From the IMG/VR virus record IMGVR_UViG_3300027963_000035, positions 1 to 64,000 of that record: a stretch of DNA of 64,000 nt; one strand, written 5' to 3'. The notes under the pieces are model-generated. The model searched no databases. It saw only the letters and a program-made list of their open reading frames with translations, and was not told the origin of the DNA. This document shows positions 10,452-19,887 of this stretch, piece by piece. Position 1 is the stretch's first letter; each line of letters starts with the position of its first letter. Both the position numbers and the translations under genes were made by a program.

Positions 10452-11175
10452 ATTCTTTTTTATTCTTATTTGATATTTTCTTTCTATTCCAATCTTTGTA
10501 TAGCTTTTTATATAATAAACTATCACTACCACTTAGTATTATTTTGCTATTGGACTTCATTAAAACTTTAGATAAGTCTATGTGCTCTTCTTCTGTCATG
10601 TAATCTTTATATGGACACTGTGATTTTCTATTTTTAACATATCTTGGTGGATCACAATACATCAAAACATTCTCGCTATTAAATATTCCAATTATTTCTA
10701 TAGCCGTATTATTAAAAACAAAAACGTCGGATAATTTTAGAGATATCTGATTCAAGTTCTCCACATTAGTGTTCCAGCTTTCAATATTTTCTATTTTTTT
10801 TCTTTTATTTTTTGAATAACAATAGTTTTTGCACAATCCCCCTCTGCTTGTTCTGTATAGGATATACTGATTTATGGCGTAATCTACATTGTTCTTAAAC
10901 TTATTACGTTTTAATTCTTTTTTGAAAGTTTGTTGATTATAGTTGATTTTTTTAAGTTTGCTTATTGCTTTTTTCCCATCATCTCTCATCACTGTTAAGA
11001 AGTTACTTATTCCATTATTTAAATCATTTAATACTGTTATTTCTGAATTTTCTTTTTTGAGAAACACATTGCAGCATCCGCAAAAAGGCTCGCAATAAAT
11101 GAGATCCTTATGGTTTTCTGGCATTTCTTCTAATATTATATCGGAAAGTTTTCTAGATTTCATTTGGCCTTTCAT
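10432..11175 (-). CDS. Dam-family DNA adenine methyltransferase with divergent motifs
   Basis: YCEPFCG (motif I), VLNDLN and MYCDPPRY (motif IV variant). Confidence 0.8.
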   Translation of the reverse strand: MKGQMKSRKLSDIILEEMPENHKDLIYCEPFCGCCNVFLKKENSEITVLNDLNNGISNFLTVMRDDGKKAISKLKKINYNQQTFKKELKRNKFKNNVDYAINQYILYRTSRGGLCKNYCYSKNKRKKIENIESWNTNVENLNQISLKLSDVFVFNNTAIEIIGIFNSENVLMYCDPPRYVKNRKSQCPYKDYMTEEEHIDLSKVLMKSNSKIILSGSDSLLYKKLYKDWNRKKISNKNKKEFIWKNF

Positions 11176-11371
11176 CTTCTTCTATTTTATTTACAAAAGC
11201 ATTACAAGCTGTACAGCTAACATTAAAATGTCCGTAACCCTTAAGTTTTCCAGGCCAATACCAGCCCAACGGATTCTTTTCATGACAATTAACACATAAA
11301 ACACTCATTATCTTTTTTTCTTTTGCCGTGTTTTCGTCTATATAAAAGTAGCAATCTTCTTGAATTTTCAT
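11153..11371 (-). CDS. Small Cys-rich (zinc-ribbon-like) hypothetical protein
   Basis: CVNC...CTAC pairs; start overlaps the dam-like gene. Confidence 0.55.
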   Translation of the reverse strand: MKIQEDCYFYIDENTAKEKKIMSVLCVNCHEKNPLGWYWPGKLKGYGHFNVSCTACNAFVNKIEEDERPNEI

Positions 11372-11458
11372 GAGTTTTTACTTTATTATGTAATAGAGTC
11401 GATTTTTTTCAATTTTTGCTCTTATTTTTTACCGTAAAACCAATAACTATATTACATT

Positions 11459-13969
11459 ATGGCATGGTCAGACTATTTTAAATTGTTTACATTTGGTTTC
11501 CAAAAGGATCCAAGTTCTAAGGTACAAGATACTAAAAATCTTACTGGGGCAGGCATCGCTCAAGCGGATGCCCTGCAGACATTTGCCGGTGATGATGTAG
11601 TTAATAATCCAGGTGGACTGATGGCATATCGTCAAACAAACGATATGATCGATATAACCACCCTAACGAATAGAACTGCTAGATACAAGGAATATGAGAG
11701 GCTTAGAAATCTACCCGAGATAGAAACTGTTGTTACGGTAATATCCGATGAAGCATGTGTTAGCGGAAACACAGAAATAAGCACTCCTTTTGGACTTAAA
11801 AAAATTGAAGACTTGGTAAAAAACAACCCAGATGAAAGATTTCTAGTTTATTGCTACGATGAAATTTCTAAAGATTATACCCTTGGCTGGGCATATAATC
11901 CAAGATTGGTTAAGAAAGAGAAAACAATAACCATAATATTGGATGATGGAAGCAAATTCACAGCTACTAGTGATCACAAAGTTTTAAACCGAAATGGGGA
12001 TTGGGTGGAAACAGGCTCCTTGAAAGAAGGAGACACACTCATGGCATTCTATAGATTGCCTGTAAATAATTATCAAACTAAATTAAATAAAAATCAGTTC
12101 CCCAGAGTATTTACATACAACAAAGGTTGGACTCACGAGAGAATGTTCGTTGATGAATGGCGAACAGGAAAAGTAGAAGAAGAAAATAAAAAGACATCAA
12201 AAATACTTCACATGTTAAGTAAAGGATTGGCTTTAAATAAAACATGTGAGTTAATCGGAATGACAGTTCCGGGTGTAATTGCTAATTTAAAGAGGATTGG
12301 GTTCACTACCACCGAAGTTCATAGATTAAGTAAGAAACAAGACCGCCGCAGAGTTATAGGTGTTTTCAAAAATGAAACAGAAGAAAATGTATATGATATA
12401 AGTGTAGAAAAACATAAGTGCTTTTGCACAGATAGTGTGGTCTTACATAATTGTCAAAAAGACACAGAAGGTAACATATGCAAATTGGAAATATCAAATG
12501 AAGAAGTTAGAAAAGAATTAGAATTCTTATTCTTCCATCGACAGATGTTGAATATAAATAAAAATGGGTGGAGCTGGTTTAAGAATCTTTGTGTGAATGG
12601 AGATCACTTCTTAGAACTGATAATAGATCCAGATAATCCGGAGGACGGATTATATAAAGCCATATCCCTGCCAGCAGAGACTATGTATCGCATAGAAACT
12701 ATCCGGGGTAAATTAATAGAATTCCAACAGAGTAAAGAAGGGCCGGACTATAGTGCTTTGATGAACCCCATACCATTGGGTCAAGATAATTTCGATCTTC
12801 AAAAATCTACTGCCATAAGATTCAACTTAAATCAAATCGTTCATTTCAGAATAGGAGAAGATAGAAAATTATTTTATCCTTATGGAGTGAGTTTGATAGA
12901 ACCAGCCAGAAGCCCTGCTCATCAATTAAGATTGATGGAAGATGCCATGGTCACATATAGATTAGCTAGAGCACCTGAGAGAAGAGTGTTTTATGTAGAT
13001 GTTGGTCAATTACCACCATTTAAAGTTGATAGCTTAATCGATAGAATGAAGGACCAGTTCAGAAAAAGAAAAATAGCCATGGGAAGCGGTTCCAGTGCTA
13101 ATCAAGTAGATGAAAGATGGCAGCCACCTGCAGTAGATGAAGATTATTGGTTGCCATTAAGGCCGGGCAGTAACACCAGAATAGAAACTCTTCCTGGGGC
13201 ACAGAATTTAGGTGAAGTTGATGATGCAATTTATTTTAGAAATAAACTTTTTGTGAGTTTAAATTTTCCAAAAAGTTATTTTAGTGGAGAGGACGTCAAT
13301 GCTACGAGAATGACTTTATCCGCACAGGATGTTAAATTTGCAAGAATGATCGAGAGATTACAATCTTCTTTTGAAGATGGGCTCTACGACATAGCAGATA
13401 GACACCTATATCTTCGTGGATTTCCTCAAGAACTCTATAAAGATCTTAAAATAAAGATGACTCCTCCAAGCGATTGGAGAGAATTAAGTAGAGCTGAAGT
13501 TGTTAATTCTAGATTAAATGTTGCCACACAACTTAAAACAGCAAATTTAATGAGCGATTATGATATTTACACTCAGTGGCTTCAATACAATGATCAAGAA
13601 ACTTCTGAGATGCTTAGTAGATTAAAGATTCAAAAACTAGAAGAATTAAAGATTCAAGTTTTATCTCAAAATCCTCAATTATTGGGGGTGGGCATTCCTC
13701 AAGAAAATAACGGAGATGAAACTGAGTTATCCGCAGTCCCTGGCGGCCCCGCACAAAATTTAGAGGCTCCTTCCGAAGATAGTGGAGAAACTGAAACTGA
13801 AACTCCTCAAGAAGAGCCCGCTCCATCTGAGGAGGAAACCTCAGAGGATAATAATGCCAAACCCCTCCCAGAACCAGATAAGCAGGATGTTGAAAAATAC
13901 GGTCTAGAAATAAAGGATTATGAAACAGAAATGGATAGTGAAAATCCAGACTACTCTATAGACGGTTAA
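11459..13969 (+). CDS. gp20: Portal vertex protein (T4 gp20-like), intein-containing
   Basis: Conserved gp20 motifs LMEDAMVTYRLARAPERRVFYVDVGQLP, EDYWLP, IETLPGAQNLGEVDD and VKFARMIERLQ, with an acidic C-terminal tail. Confidence 0.95.
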   Translation: MAWSDYFKLFTFGFQKDPSSKVQDTKNLTGAGIAQADALQTFAGDDVVNNPGGLMAYRQTNDMIDITTLTNRTARYKEYERLRNLPEIETVVTVISDEACVSGNTEISTPFGLKKIEDLVKNNPDERFLVYCYDEISKDYTLGWAYNPRLVKKEKTITIILDDGSKFTATSDHKVLNRNGDWVETGSLKEGDTLMAFYRLPVNNYQTKLNKNQFPRVFTYNKGWTHERMFVDEWRTGKVEEENKKTSKILHMLSKGLALNKTCELIGMTVPGVIANLKRIGFTTTEVHRLSKKQDRRRVIGVFKNETEENVYDISVEKHKCFCTDSVVLHNCQKDTEGNICKLEISNEEVRKELEFLFFHRQMLNINKNGWSWFKNLCVNGDHFLELIIDPDNPEDGLYKAISLPAETMYRIETIRGKLIEFQQSKEGPDYSALMNPIPLGQDNFDLQKSTAIRFNLNQIVHFRIGEDRKLFYPYGVSLIEPARSPAHQLRLMEDAMVTYRLARAPERRVFYVDVGQLPPFKVDSLIDRMKDQFRKRKIAMGSGSSANQVDERWQPPAVDEDYWLPLRPGSNTRIETLPGAQNLGEVDDAIYFRNKLFVSLNFPKSYFSGEDVNATRMTLSAQDVKFARMIERLQSSFEDGLYDIADRHLYLRGFPQELYKDLKIKMTPPSDWRELSRAEVVNSRLNVATQLKTANLMSDYDIYTQWLQYNDQETSEMLSRLKIQKLEELKIQVLSQNPQLLGVGIPQENNGDETELSAVPGGPAQNLEAPSEDSGETETETPQEEPAPSEEETSEDNNAKPLPEPDKQDVEKYGLEIKDYETEMDSENPDYSIDG
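11756..12451 (+). mobile_element. Intein (232 aa) in the portal protein with a degenerate central endonuclease/HTH remnant
   Basis: N-junction DEA|CVSGNTEI, block B TSDHKVL, block F VYDISVE and C-junction VVLHN|CQKD (Cys +1). Confidence 0.93.
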
Positions 13970-16521
13970 CTATACAAGGTATAACTTATACCTGGAAAAT
14001 AGGCAGATCTGTTGGCCCCTCCCAATAAAGAGGTGAGATCAGAATAGCTGCCGCCTGTATCATTGACAGTGTTTCTTGAGGTGCCTCTAATAAATTGAAT
14101 TGCAGTTAATTGATTTATATTTCTGTTGGTTGTGGCGTGGGATGCTATCATGCCACATACTTGTGGACTAGCCATGCTTGTTCCGCTTAATTTTGACACA
14201 TAGTATGTAATTGGTTTTCCGATACTTCTAATATCAGGAATACTTGGATATCCGGGAAAAATACTGTGTGTCGTTGAAGCTATCATATCCCCAGGTGAAT
14301 AAACATCTACTCTGGGTCCTGTATTGCTCCAAGTATTTTTTGTTTCTGCTACCAATCTACTTAAAGATCCTACGCTAATTACATTTGGGCAAGCCGTTGG
14401 ACTTGATCCTCTGTGATAATACGTCTCATACATGAATTCAGTAAAATATATTGGGTCCACTCCTTCTGGTAGATACCAACCAAATCCTGGGACTACCACA
14501 TTTAGTTTATTGTCATAATCCGGTCCTCCTGGCACATCTATTTTGGTAGAATTATTGCCCGCCGCCCCTACAACAACTACTCCAGAATTCATCAGGTCTG
14601 TTAAATCTGCTTCCATAGTAATAGTTCTTATTCCTATGTCTATGAATCTTTTACCTTGCATCAATGGATCCGAGTAAGCATAAGATATTAATCCAAAATT
14701 ATTTAATTGTTCTTTTGAAAACCCTCCTCCATTTGTAAATACCACATTTGGTGGTGAGGTATATCCGGAACCTTGATGTGTTATATTTATTCCTATGATT
14801 TTTCCTTGATTTACCCCGGTGCCCAGCACCGCTCTTGCCTCTGCCTTATTTCCGGTTTTAACTCCATCCACCACAGAATTTCCGCCATAAAAGCTAACAA
14901 TTGGATCGGAGGTGTAGCCTTCTCCACACAACCAGGTGTATTTTATACTTTCAACAACATATCTTTCATATATTGTTCCATTTATATTATCTTGAACTAT
15001 CTTATAAGTTGGTTCTCCGTGATAGTCTATAAAAATATCGCCGTTTTTAATTGTACTCAAATCACCATCTGTGTGATTATCCTCAAATGCAAGTATGCTT
15101 ATTTGAGCTGGGGTGGAAGGATTTCCTCCGCTTAATATAACTTCTGGAAAATTTAAATACCCTGATCCTCCATTATTAACAATGGGTTCATTCAAAACCC
15201 CAGACTTTATTTTACATGTTGCCCGTGCTGTTCTTCCTCCATTTGGAGGAGGAGGGAAAGTTATAGTAGGAGGCGTAGTATATCCACTTCCCCTGTTTTG
15301 CATCTCTATATAATAAATTCCAGACCCCTCAACCATCCTAATCGATCCTCTACCTCTTGCCGTTTGGCCTCCCGCAGGAGCAGGGCTGAATGTTATCGGA
15401 ACCCACTCAACCCACGAAGTTGGATATCGCTCGCAGGCAGCGCAAGGATACCCCTCCCCAGGATCGGTTATTGTTATTTCATATATTGTTCCATTTCCAA
15501 CTGGTGCTTTTGCTCTGGCTTGTCCTCCCCCGTAAAATGACACTGTCGGTTCATTTGTATAATTTTTTCCCTGATTTGTAATGGCTCCAGAAACAACCTT
15601 GCCAGAATCAACAGTTGTTGTTGCTGTGGCCCCAGAATAATTTCTTGTAGAAGTATATTTTACGCCTCTGTATGTTACGTCTATAATATTTCTGACATCA
15701 ATTCCACCAATGCCAACCCCGTAGCTATGATTTGTTATAGTGGGATTTTTTGTTCCTTTTTTAATATTTACTGGTTTATTTTCGTGCCAGACTTTAATAG
15801 CATGTAAATATAGATCATGCGGACCATCTGACCTCCAATCTCGGCCGTCGACCATCTCTGCGTGATATGGTGATATGTTATATATATTTGCTTTTGGTGC
15901 CCAACCCTGAGTATTTCCGGCTATTGTTCCTCCTACATGAGCACCGTGATTGTTATCTTCTGTTTCTAGATAATTGTCTGGATTTACATATGGTTCATAA
16001 TTGTATTTTTCATATGGCCGGAAATTATCCGGAACCCCATATGGATATAAAACATTGAACCAATCTATTTGGTTTACTCTGCTTCCGCCTGTTCCATCTT
16101 TTCTTAATGCAAACTCTGGATTATTTGGGTCTATGTGTCCATCTACTACAACAACATCTACATCTTCTCCTGTTGGTATTCTGTAGATTGCTGCTACTGC
16201 ATCTGACGGCGCAGCTTGCATTCTTATATTTTTTTCTTCACCATAATCACGACCAGGATCTAGAATCAGGGGTTTTATTTTATAAGGGATTTTCTGTTGA
16301 ATTGCTTCCACTCTTGGATCTTTTTCAAGTTTTTCTGCTTCTTCTTCTGTTAATCTAAAAGATAAAACTCTTCTTTGTAAATTTGTGTTATTTAAAGCTA
16401 AACATTTTTTTTCCGGAATATATTCATCTCCCGAGTCTTTTTTCATGTCATCTAAGAATGAAGTCTTATCTTTTATGTCTTTTAATACTAAATTATATAT
16501 TTTTTCTTTCATGTTATTCAC
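13966..16521 (-). CDS. Subtilisin-like (S8) serine protease with inserted virion-protein-type repeats
   Basis: Catalytic motifs DVVVVDG, HGAHVGG, AAGN and GTSMASP. About 350 aa of G-x-GYT-x-x-P-x-V-x-F-x-GG repeats are inserted between the His and Asn motifs. Confidence 0.9.
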   Translation of the reverse strand: MNNMKEKIYNLVLKDIKDKTSFLDDMKKDSGDEYIPEKKCLALNNTNLQRRVLSFRLTEEEAEKLEKDPRVEAIQQKIPYKIKPLILDPGRDYGEEKNIRMQAAPSDAVAAIYRIPTGEDVDVVVVDGHIDPNNPEFALRKDGTGGSRVNQIDWFNVLYPYGVPDNFRPYEKYNYEPYVNPDNYLETEDNNHGAHVGGTIAGNTQGWAPKANIYNISPYHAEMVDGRDWRSDGPHDLYLHAIKVWHENKPVNIKKGTKNPTITNHSYGVGIGGIDVRNIIDVTYRGVKYTSTRNYSGATATTTVDSGKVVSGAITNQGKNYTNEPTVSFYGGGQARAKAPVGNGTIYEITITDPGEGYPCAACERYPTSWVEWVPITFSPAPAGGQTARGRGSIRMVEGSGIYYIEMQNRGSGYTTPPTITFPPPPNGGRTARATCKIKSGVLNEPIVNNGGSGYLNFPEVILSGGNPSTPAQISILAFEDNHTDGDLSTIKNGDIFIDYHGEPTYKIVQDNINGTIYERYVVESIKYTWLCGEGYTSDPIVSFYGGNSVVDGVKTGNKAEARAVLGTGVNQGKIIGINITHQGSGYTSPPNVVFTNGGGFSKEQLNNFGLISYAYSDPLMQGKRFIDIGIRTITMEADLTDLMNSGVVVVGAAGNNSTKIDVPGGPDYDNKLNVVVPGFGWYLPEGVDPIYFTEFMYETYYHRGSSPTACPNVISVGSLSRLVAETKNTWSNTGPRVDVYSPGDMIASTTHSIFPGYPSIPDIRSIGKPITYYVSKLSGTSMASPQVCGMIASHATTNRNINQLTAIQFIRGTSRNTVNDTGGSYSDLTSLLGGANRSAYFPGISYTLYS

Positions 16522-17734
16522 CCCATCCTGAAATATTATTTTGATTTATCATTCTTAATAATCCCCAATTAATATAATTTTGATCAATATCTCTAGATCT
16601 ATTATAATTTGATATTGAACTAACCTGCATGTTGTCGAAAATACAATTGGCGCCCAAAGCCCTTATGCCTATACCACCATATCCTGGGATGCTTGTATTA
16701 ACGGCAGAAACTATTTGTGTATTATTAAAATACAGTGTTAAAGAACTTCCCAATGTTTTAAAAGCTAGTACGCCTACGGTGTTTGTAGAATTTATTGGTG
16801 ATGAACTTAGTAATGACCATGATCCATTGTTGGACCATATTTGACCGTAATATGTAGTTCCATTTTTTGCAATCATTCCCAAATACATATACCCATCACC
16901 AAATACTCCATATGGATCGGCTGTATATCTAGTTATAATTCCTCCTCCTGAACCCACAGGCATATATGATCTTGCTGCTCCCGTAGGTATCGATGAATTT
17001 ATTAAATCCACATAACAACTAATAAAAGAATCTTTTTCTCTTATTCCATTAAGTGTCATTAAAGAGATGGATGGATCCACGCCCACTGCAGAATTATTAG
17101 ATATTATAAAATTTCCTATGCGTTCACGCCAATAACCTGATATGTAAGGGTTATTTTGTCTGTTGAAATCATCATAGAATGGCAAGGATGCTTCCACTAT
17201 TGCTGGAGGAGCTATTGTTAGAGTAGGAGTGCTGGTTAATGTGGGCGTGCTTGTTTTGGTAGGAGTTAATGTTGGGGTTGATGTTGGGGTGGGAGTGGAA
17301 GTTCTGGTTGGTGTTAAAGTGGGGGTGGAAGTTTTAGTTGGAGTTAATGTTTTAGTATTGGTTGGTGTAGGAGTATTTGTTAAAGTAGGAGTAGGCGTTT
17401 TAGTTGGAGTTAAAGTTGGAGTACTTGTTTTTGTCACTGTGGGAGTGGGAGTGACTTGCATTAAGGTCATACCTCCTATCCAACTGGATGAGCATGCTGG
17501 TATTACTGTCCATCCTACCCCGTTCCAGAAACAATGATAATTGTCTACGCAACTGGTGTAGTTTGATCTGTTTTGTGTTCCTGGTGCGGTTTGAGATGCC
17601 GATGATACTTTGTAGTTTCTCGCTGATTCAATTTTTGCTATGTAATCTAAATTTCTCTGATCCCAGGATAAAGAATTGGGTGCACCGTATCTCGCTCTTA
17701 AATTAAAAGGATCACTAAAAACAATGTTCGCCAT
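16514..17734 (-). CDS. Virion/adhesin protein: Pro-Thr linker plus C-terminal concanavalin-like lectin domain
   Basis: A long (TPT)n linker followed by FYDDFNR...GGIGIRA...IFDN, a LamG/ConA-type sandwich. Confidence 0.65.
   Translation of the reverse strand: MANIVFSDPFNLRARYGAPNSLSWDQRNLDYIAKIESARNYKVSSASQTAPGTQNRSNYTSCVDNYHCFWNGVGWTVIPACSSSWIGGMTLMQVTPTPTVTKTSTPTLTPTKTPTPTLTNTPTPTNTKTLTPTKTSTPTLTPTRTSTPTPTSTPTLTPTKTSTPTLTSTPTLTIAPPAIVEASLPFYDDFNRQNNPYISGYWRERIGNFIISNNSAVGVDPSISLMTLNGIREKDSFISCYVDLINSSIPTGAARSYMPVGSGGGIITRYTADPYGVFGDGYMYLGMIAKNGTTYYGQIWSNNGSWSLLSSSPINSTNTVGVLAFKTLGSSLTLYFNNTQIVSAVNTSIPGYGGIGIRALGANCIFDNMQVSSISNYNRSRDIDQNYINWGLLRMINQNNISGWGE
17218..17455 (-). repeat. Imperfect coding Pro/Thr low-complexity repeat (TPTLTPTKTS...)
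   Basis: Seen in the translation. Confidence 0.85.
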
Positions 17735-17743
17735 TTAAAAAAC

Positions 17744-18151
17744 CTATTTCTCGCCTTTCCATGAAATTCTTTTACTTGATTTTTTTTTATTTTTATTTTT
17801 ATTACAGGCTGATAAAACAGGTCGGCACGCAGGATATTCTCTTTCTGTTCCTTTGCCTGTTTTTTTTCTTCCACAAGGTACTAATTTTCCTTTTTTACTA
17901 GCCTTACAATCTATCCATCCACCTGTTTTTCTGCTGAACCAACCATGAAGTCCCTGTTCTTTTTCTTTATTGAAAATTGATTCTTCAAGATTTTCATTTT
18001 TTGAGTTGCCCCAATTTTTGGCTCCTTTTTTTCTACACTGGACCAATGCGCCTGACGAATATGCAGATGGAAAAACTGAATATCTACTTTTAACCTTATA
18101 ATAACAAGCGTCTTTTTCTTCGTTTATTAGCCATTCTTTAAAATTTTTCAT
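17744..18151 (-). CDS. Basic Cys-containing protein with a CTS-like N-terminus (MKNFKEWLINE)
   Basis: DACYYKVKSRYSVFPSAYSSGALVQCRKKG-type module, recalled from T4-like cyanophage hypothetical proteins. Confidence 0.65.
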   Translation of the reverse strand: MKNFKEWLINEEKDACYYKVKSRYSVFPSAYSSGALVQCRKKGAKNWGNSKNENLEESIFNKEKEQGLHGWFSRKTGGWIDCKASKKGKLVPCGRKKTGKGTEREYPACRPVLSACNKNKNKKKSSKRISWKGEK

Positions 18152-18212
18152 AGTACTTTATATATTAAAAATTCAAACATAAAAAATAACAAAATTATTA
18201 ATATCTACTTAT

Positions 18213-18887
18213 ATGAATGATGCGATTATAATAAGCGATATTCATTTAGGCAGTGATGTCTGTCAAGCTAAAAAATTGATAAGTTTTTTTGTTACGATTG
18301 AGGATGGAACGAATCCTACAAAATCTATTATTTTAAATGGAGATTTATTCGATAGTTGGGACTTTAGAAAATTAAAGAAAAGTCACTGGAGGGTTTTATC
18401 TTACATAAGAAAACTTTCAAAAAAAGTTAATATAATTTGGGTAGCAGGAAATCATGACGGGCCAGCAGAAGTTATATCTCATTTATTAGGAGTGGAATTT
18501 TTAGAAGAATATATTCTTTATAGTGGAGATAAAAAGATACTTGTTCTCCATGGAGACCGATTCGATAGCGTGATATCCAATCAACCAATGTTAGTTTACT
18601 TTGCTGATAAAATTTATAAATTGATACAAAAAATAGATAAAAGTTTTTATCTTGCAAAGCTTGCAAAAAAAAGTAGTAAAACTTTTATGAGAAATGCTGA
18701 GATCATAGAAAAAAAGTCTATTGAACATATGAAGAAAATAGGCTGCAATGTTGTTTGTTGCGGACATGTGCATTATGCAAACTCTAAACCCCACACAGGT
18801 TATTATAATAGCGGAAGTTGGACGGAATTACCTTGCAATTATTTGACTGTTAAAAATGGTGTTATAAATCTCTATAATTATTTTTAA
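18213..18887 (+). CDS. Metallophosphoesterase, UDP-2,3-diacylglucosamine hydrolase (LpxH/YbbF)-like
   Basis: ISDIHLG, LNGDLFD, GNHD, HGDRFD, CGHVH and NSGSW. Confidence 0.85.
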   Translation: MNDAIIISDIHLGSDVCQAKKLISFFVTIEDGTNPTKSIILNGDLFDSWDFRKLKKSHWRVLSYIRKLSKKVNIIWVAGNHDGPAEVISHLLGVEFLEEYILYSGDKKILVLHGDRFDSVISNQPMLVYFADKIYKLIQKIDKSFYLAKLAKKSSKTFMRNAEIIEKKSIEHMKKIGCNVVCCGHVHYANSKPHTGYYNSGSWTELPCNYLTVKNGVINLYNYF

Positions 18888-18889
18888 TA

Positions 18890-19180
18890 TTATTTAAAAT
18901 AATTCTCTAAAACTACTGTTGGGTTATCGCCCAATATTTCCAATAATCTTGCTTCAACTTGTGCTTGAGTATAATCACCAGCAGTAGTATAGGAATCATT
19001 TTCCCATAACACTATTTGTTTTTTAAGTGGAGGTATTGATGCCTTGGCTATTTTTTGATTTTCATTATCAATTATTGTAATATTTAATTCTTTTAAAACT
19101 AAAGGAGGAATACTTCTTTTTCTTCCATTTTTTAACACTACGTCGGGCATGTTTATTGTGATTGGATTTTGTAGTTTCAT
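18890..19180 (-). CDS. Small tail-fibre-associated protein (paralogue of 23110..23382)
   Basis: Shares LWExxSYxxxGxYTQxQxEARxLExLG with 23110..23382. Confidence 0.7.
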   Translation of the reverse strand: MKLQNPITINMPDVVLKNGRKRSIPPLVLKELNITIIDNENQKIAKASIPPLKKQIVLWENDSYTTAGDYTQAQVEARLLEILGDNPTVVLENYFK

Positions 19181-19182
19181 TT

Positions 19183-19887
19183 TTATTTTCCTTTAAATAA
19201 TCTGGGCATATCCACTTCATCATTAATGTTTGTTGGTTCTGTTGTGGTTGGTTCTGTTGTGGTTGGTTCTGTTGTGGTTGGTTCTGTTGTGGTTGGTTCT
19301 GTTGTGGTTGGTTCTGTTGTGGTTGGTTCTGTTGTGGTTGGTGTGTATTCTACACTCGCATTCTCATATAGTTCCACGTCCTTAAAATAGTATTTTCTTA
19401 AATTGTCTATTTGCTTCTGCGTGAGATTCGGCTTCTCGCCGTCCTCGCTTTCGTTTTCCTGCTCGGGCGGCGTCATCCCAAGCGCCTCCGAAAGTGCGTT
19501 TATTCCCTCTGGGAACTTGAAGCACTTTATGTCCTTTTGGTGTTTTATCCTGTTGCTCTGCGGTTCGATGTGAACGTTCATTATGCATTCGCCCCTGAAA
19601 AGGTCTTCTATCACCTCGTCCACGGTCCTTCCAAAATTTGCCCTTGAAAATCCGCTCCTGAACCTTTCCACCGGGTCCCTTATGAGGGCATAGGCGTCCC
19701 CGTCAGGAAAGCTGCTGGACGGGCAGATGAATTGTGGCTTGGGATCCGTTTTGTTAGGATGTTTTTTCTCGAGCCTTGGGAGGAGCTCAGGGTAGAACTG
19801 TTTGATTATTGCCCTTGCGAAACTTGTGCTTCCCGACCTAGGGATGAAGGCGAGGTATTTGTTGCTTGGTGTCTTGAAGTAGTTCAT
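19183..19887 (-). CDS. Sulfotransferase (Sulfotransfer_2-like) with a C-terminal (PTTTE)n tail
   Basis: FIPRSGSTSF, LIRDPVERFRSG and HIEPQ. The start at 19887 overlaps the upstream stop (TAATG). Confidence 0.85.
   Translation of the reverse strand: MNYFKTPSNKYLAFIPRSGSTSFARAIIKQFYPELLPRLEKKHPNKTDPKPQFICPSSSFPDGDAYALIRDPVERFRSGFSRANFGRTVDEVIEDLFRGECIMNVHIEPQSNRIKHQKDIKCFKFPEGINALSEALGMTPPEQENESEDGEKPNLTQKQIDNLRKYYFKDVELYENASVEYTPTTTEPTTTEPTTTEPTTTEPTTTEPTTTEPTTTEPTNINDEVDMPRLFKGK
19235..19339 (-). repeat. 15-bp coding tandem repeat x7 (PTTTE)
   Basis: ggttctgttgtggtt x7 on the + strand. Confidence 0.95.
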
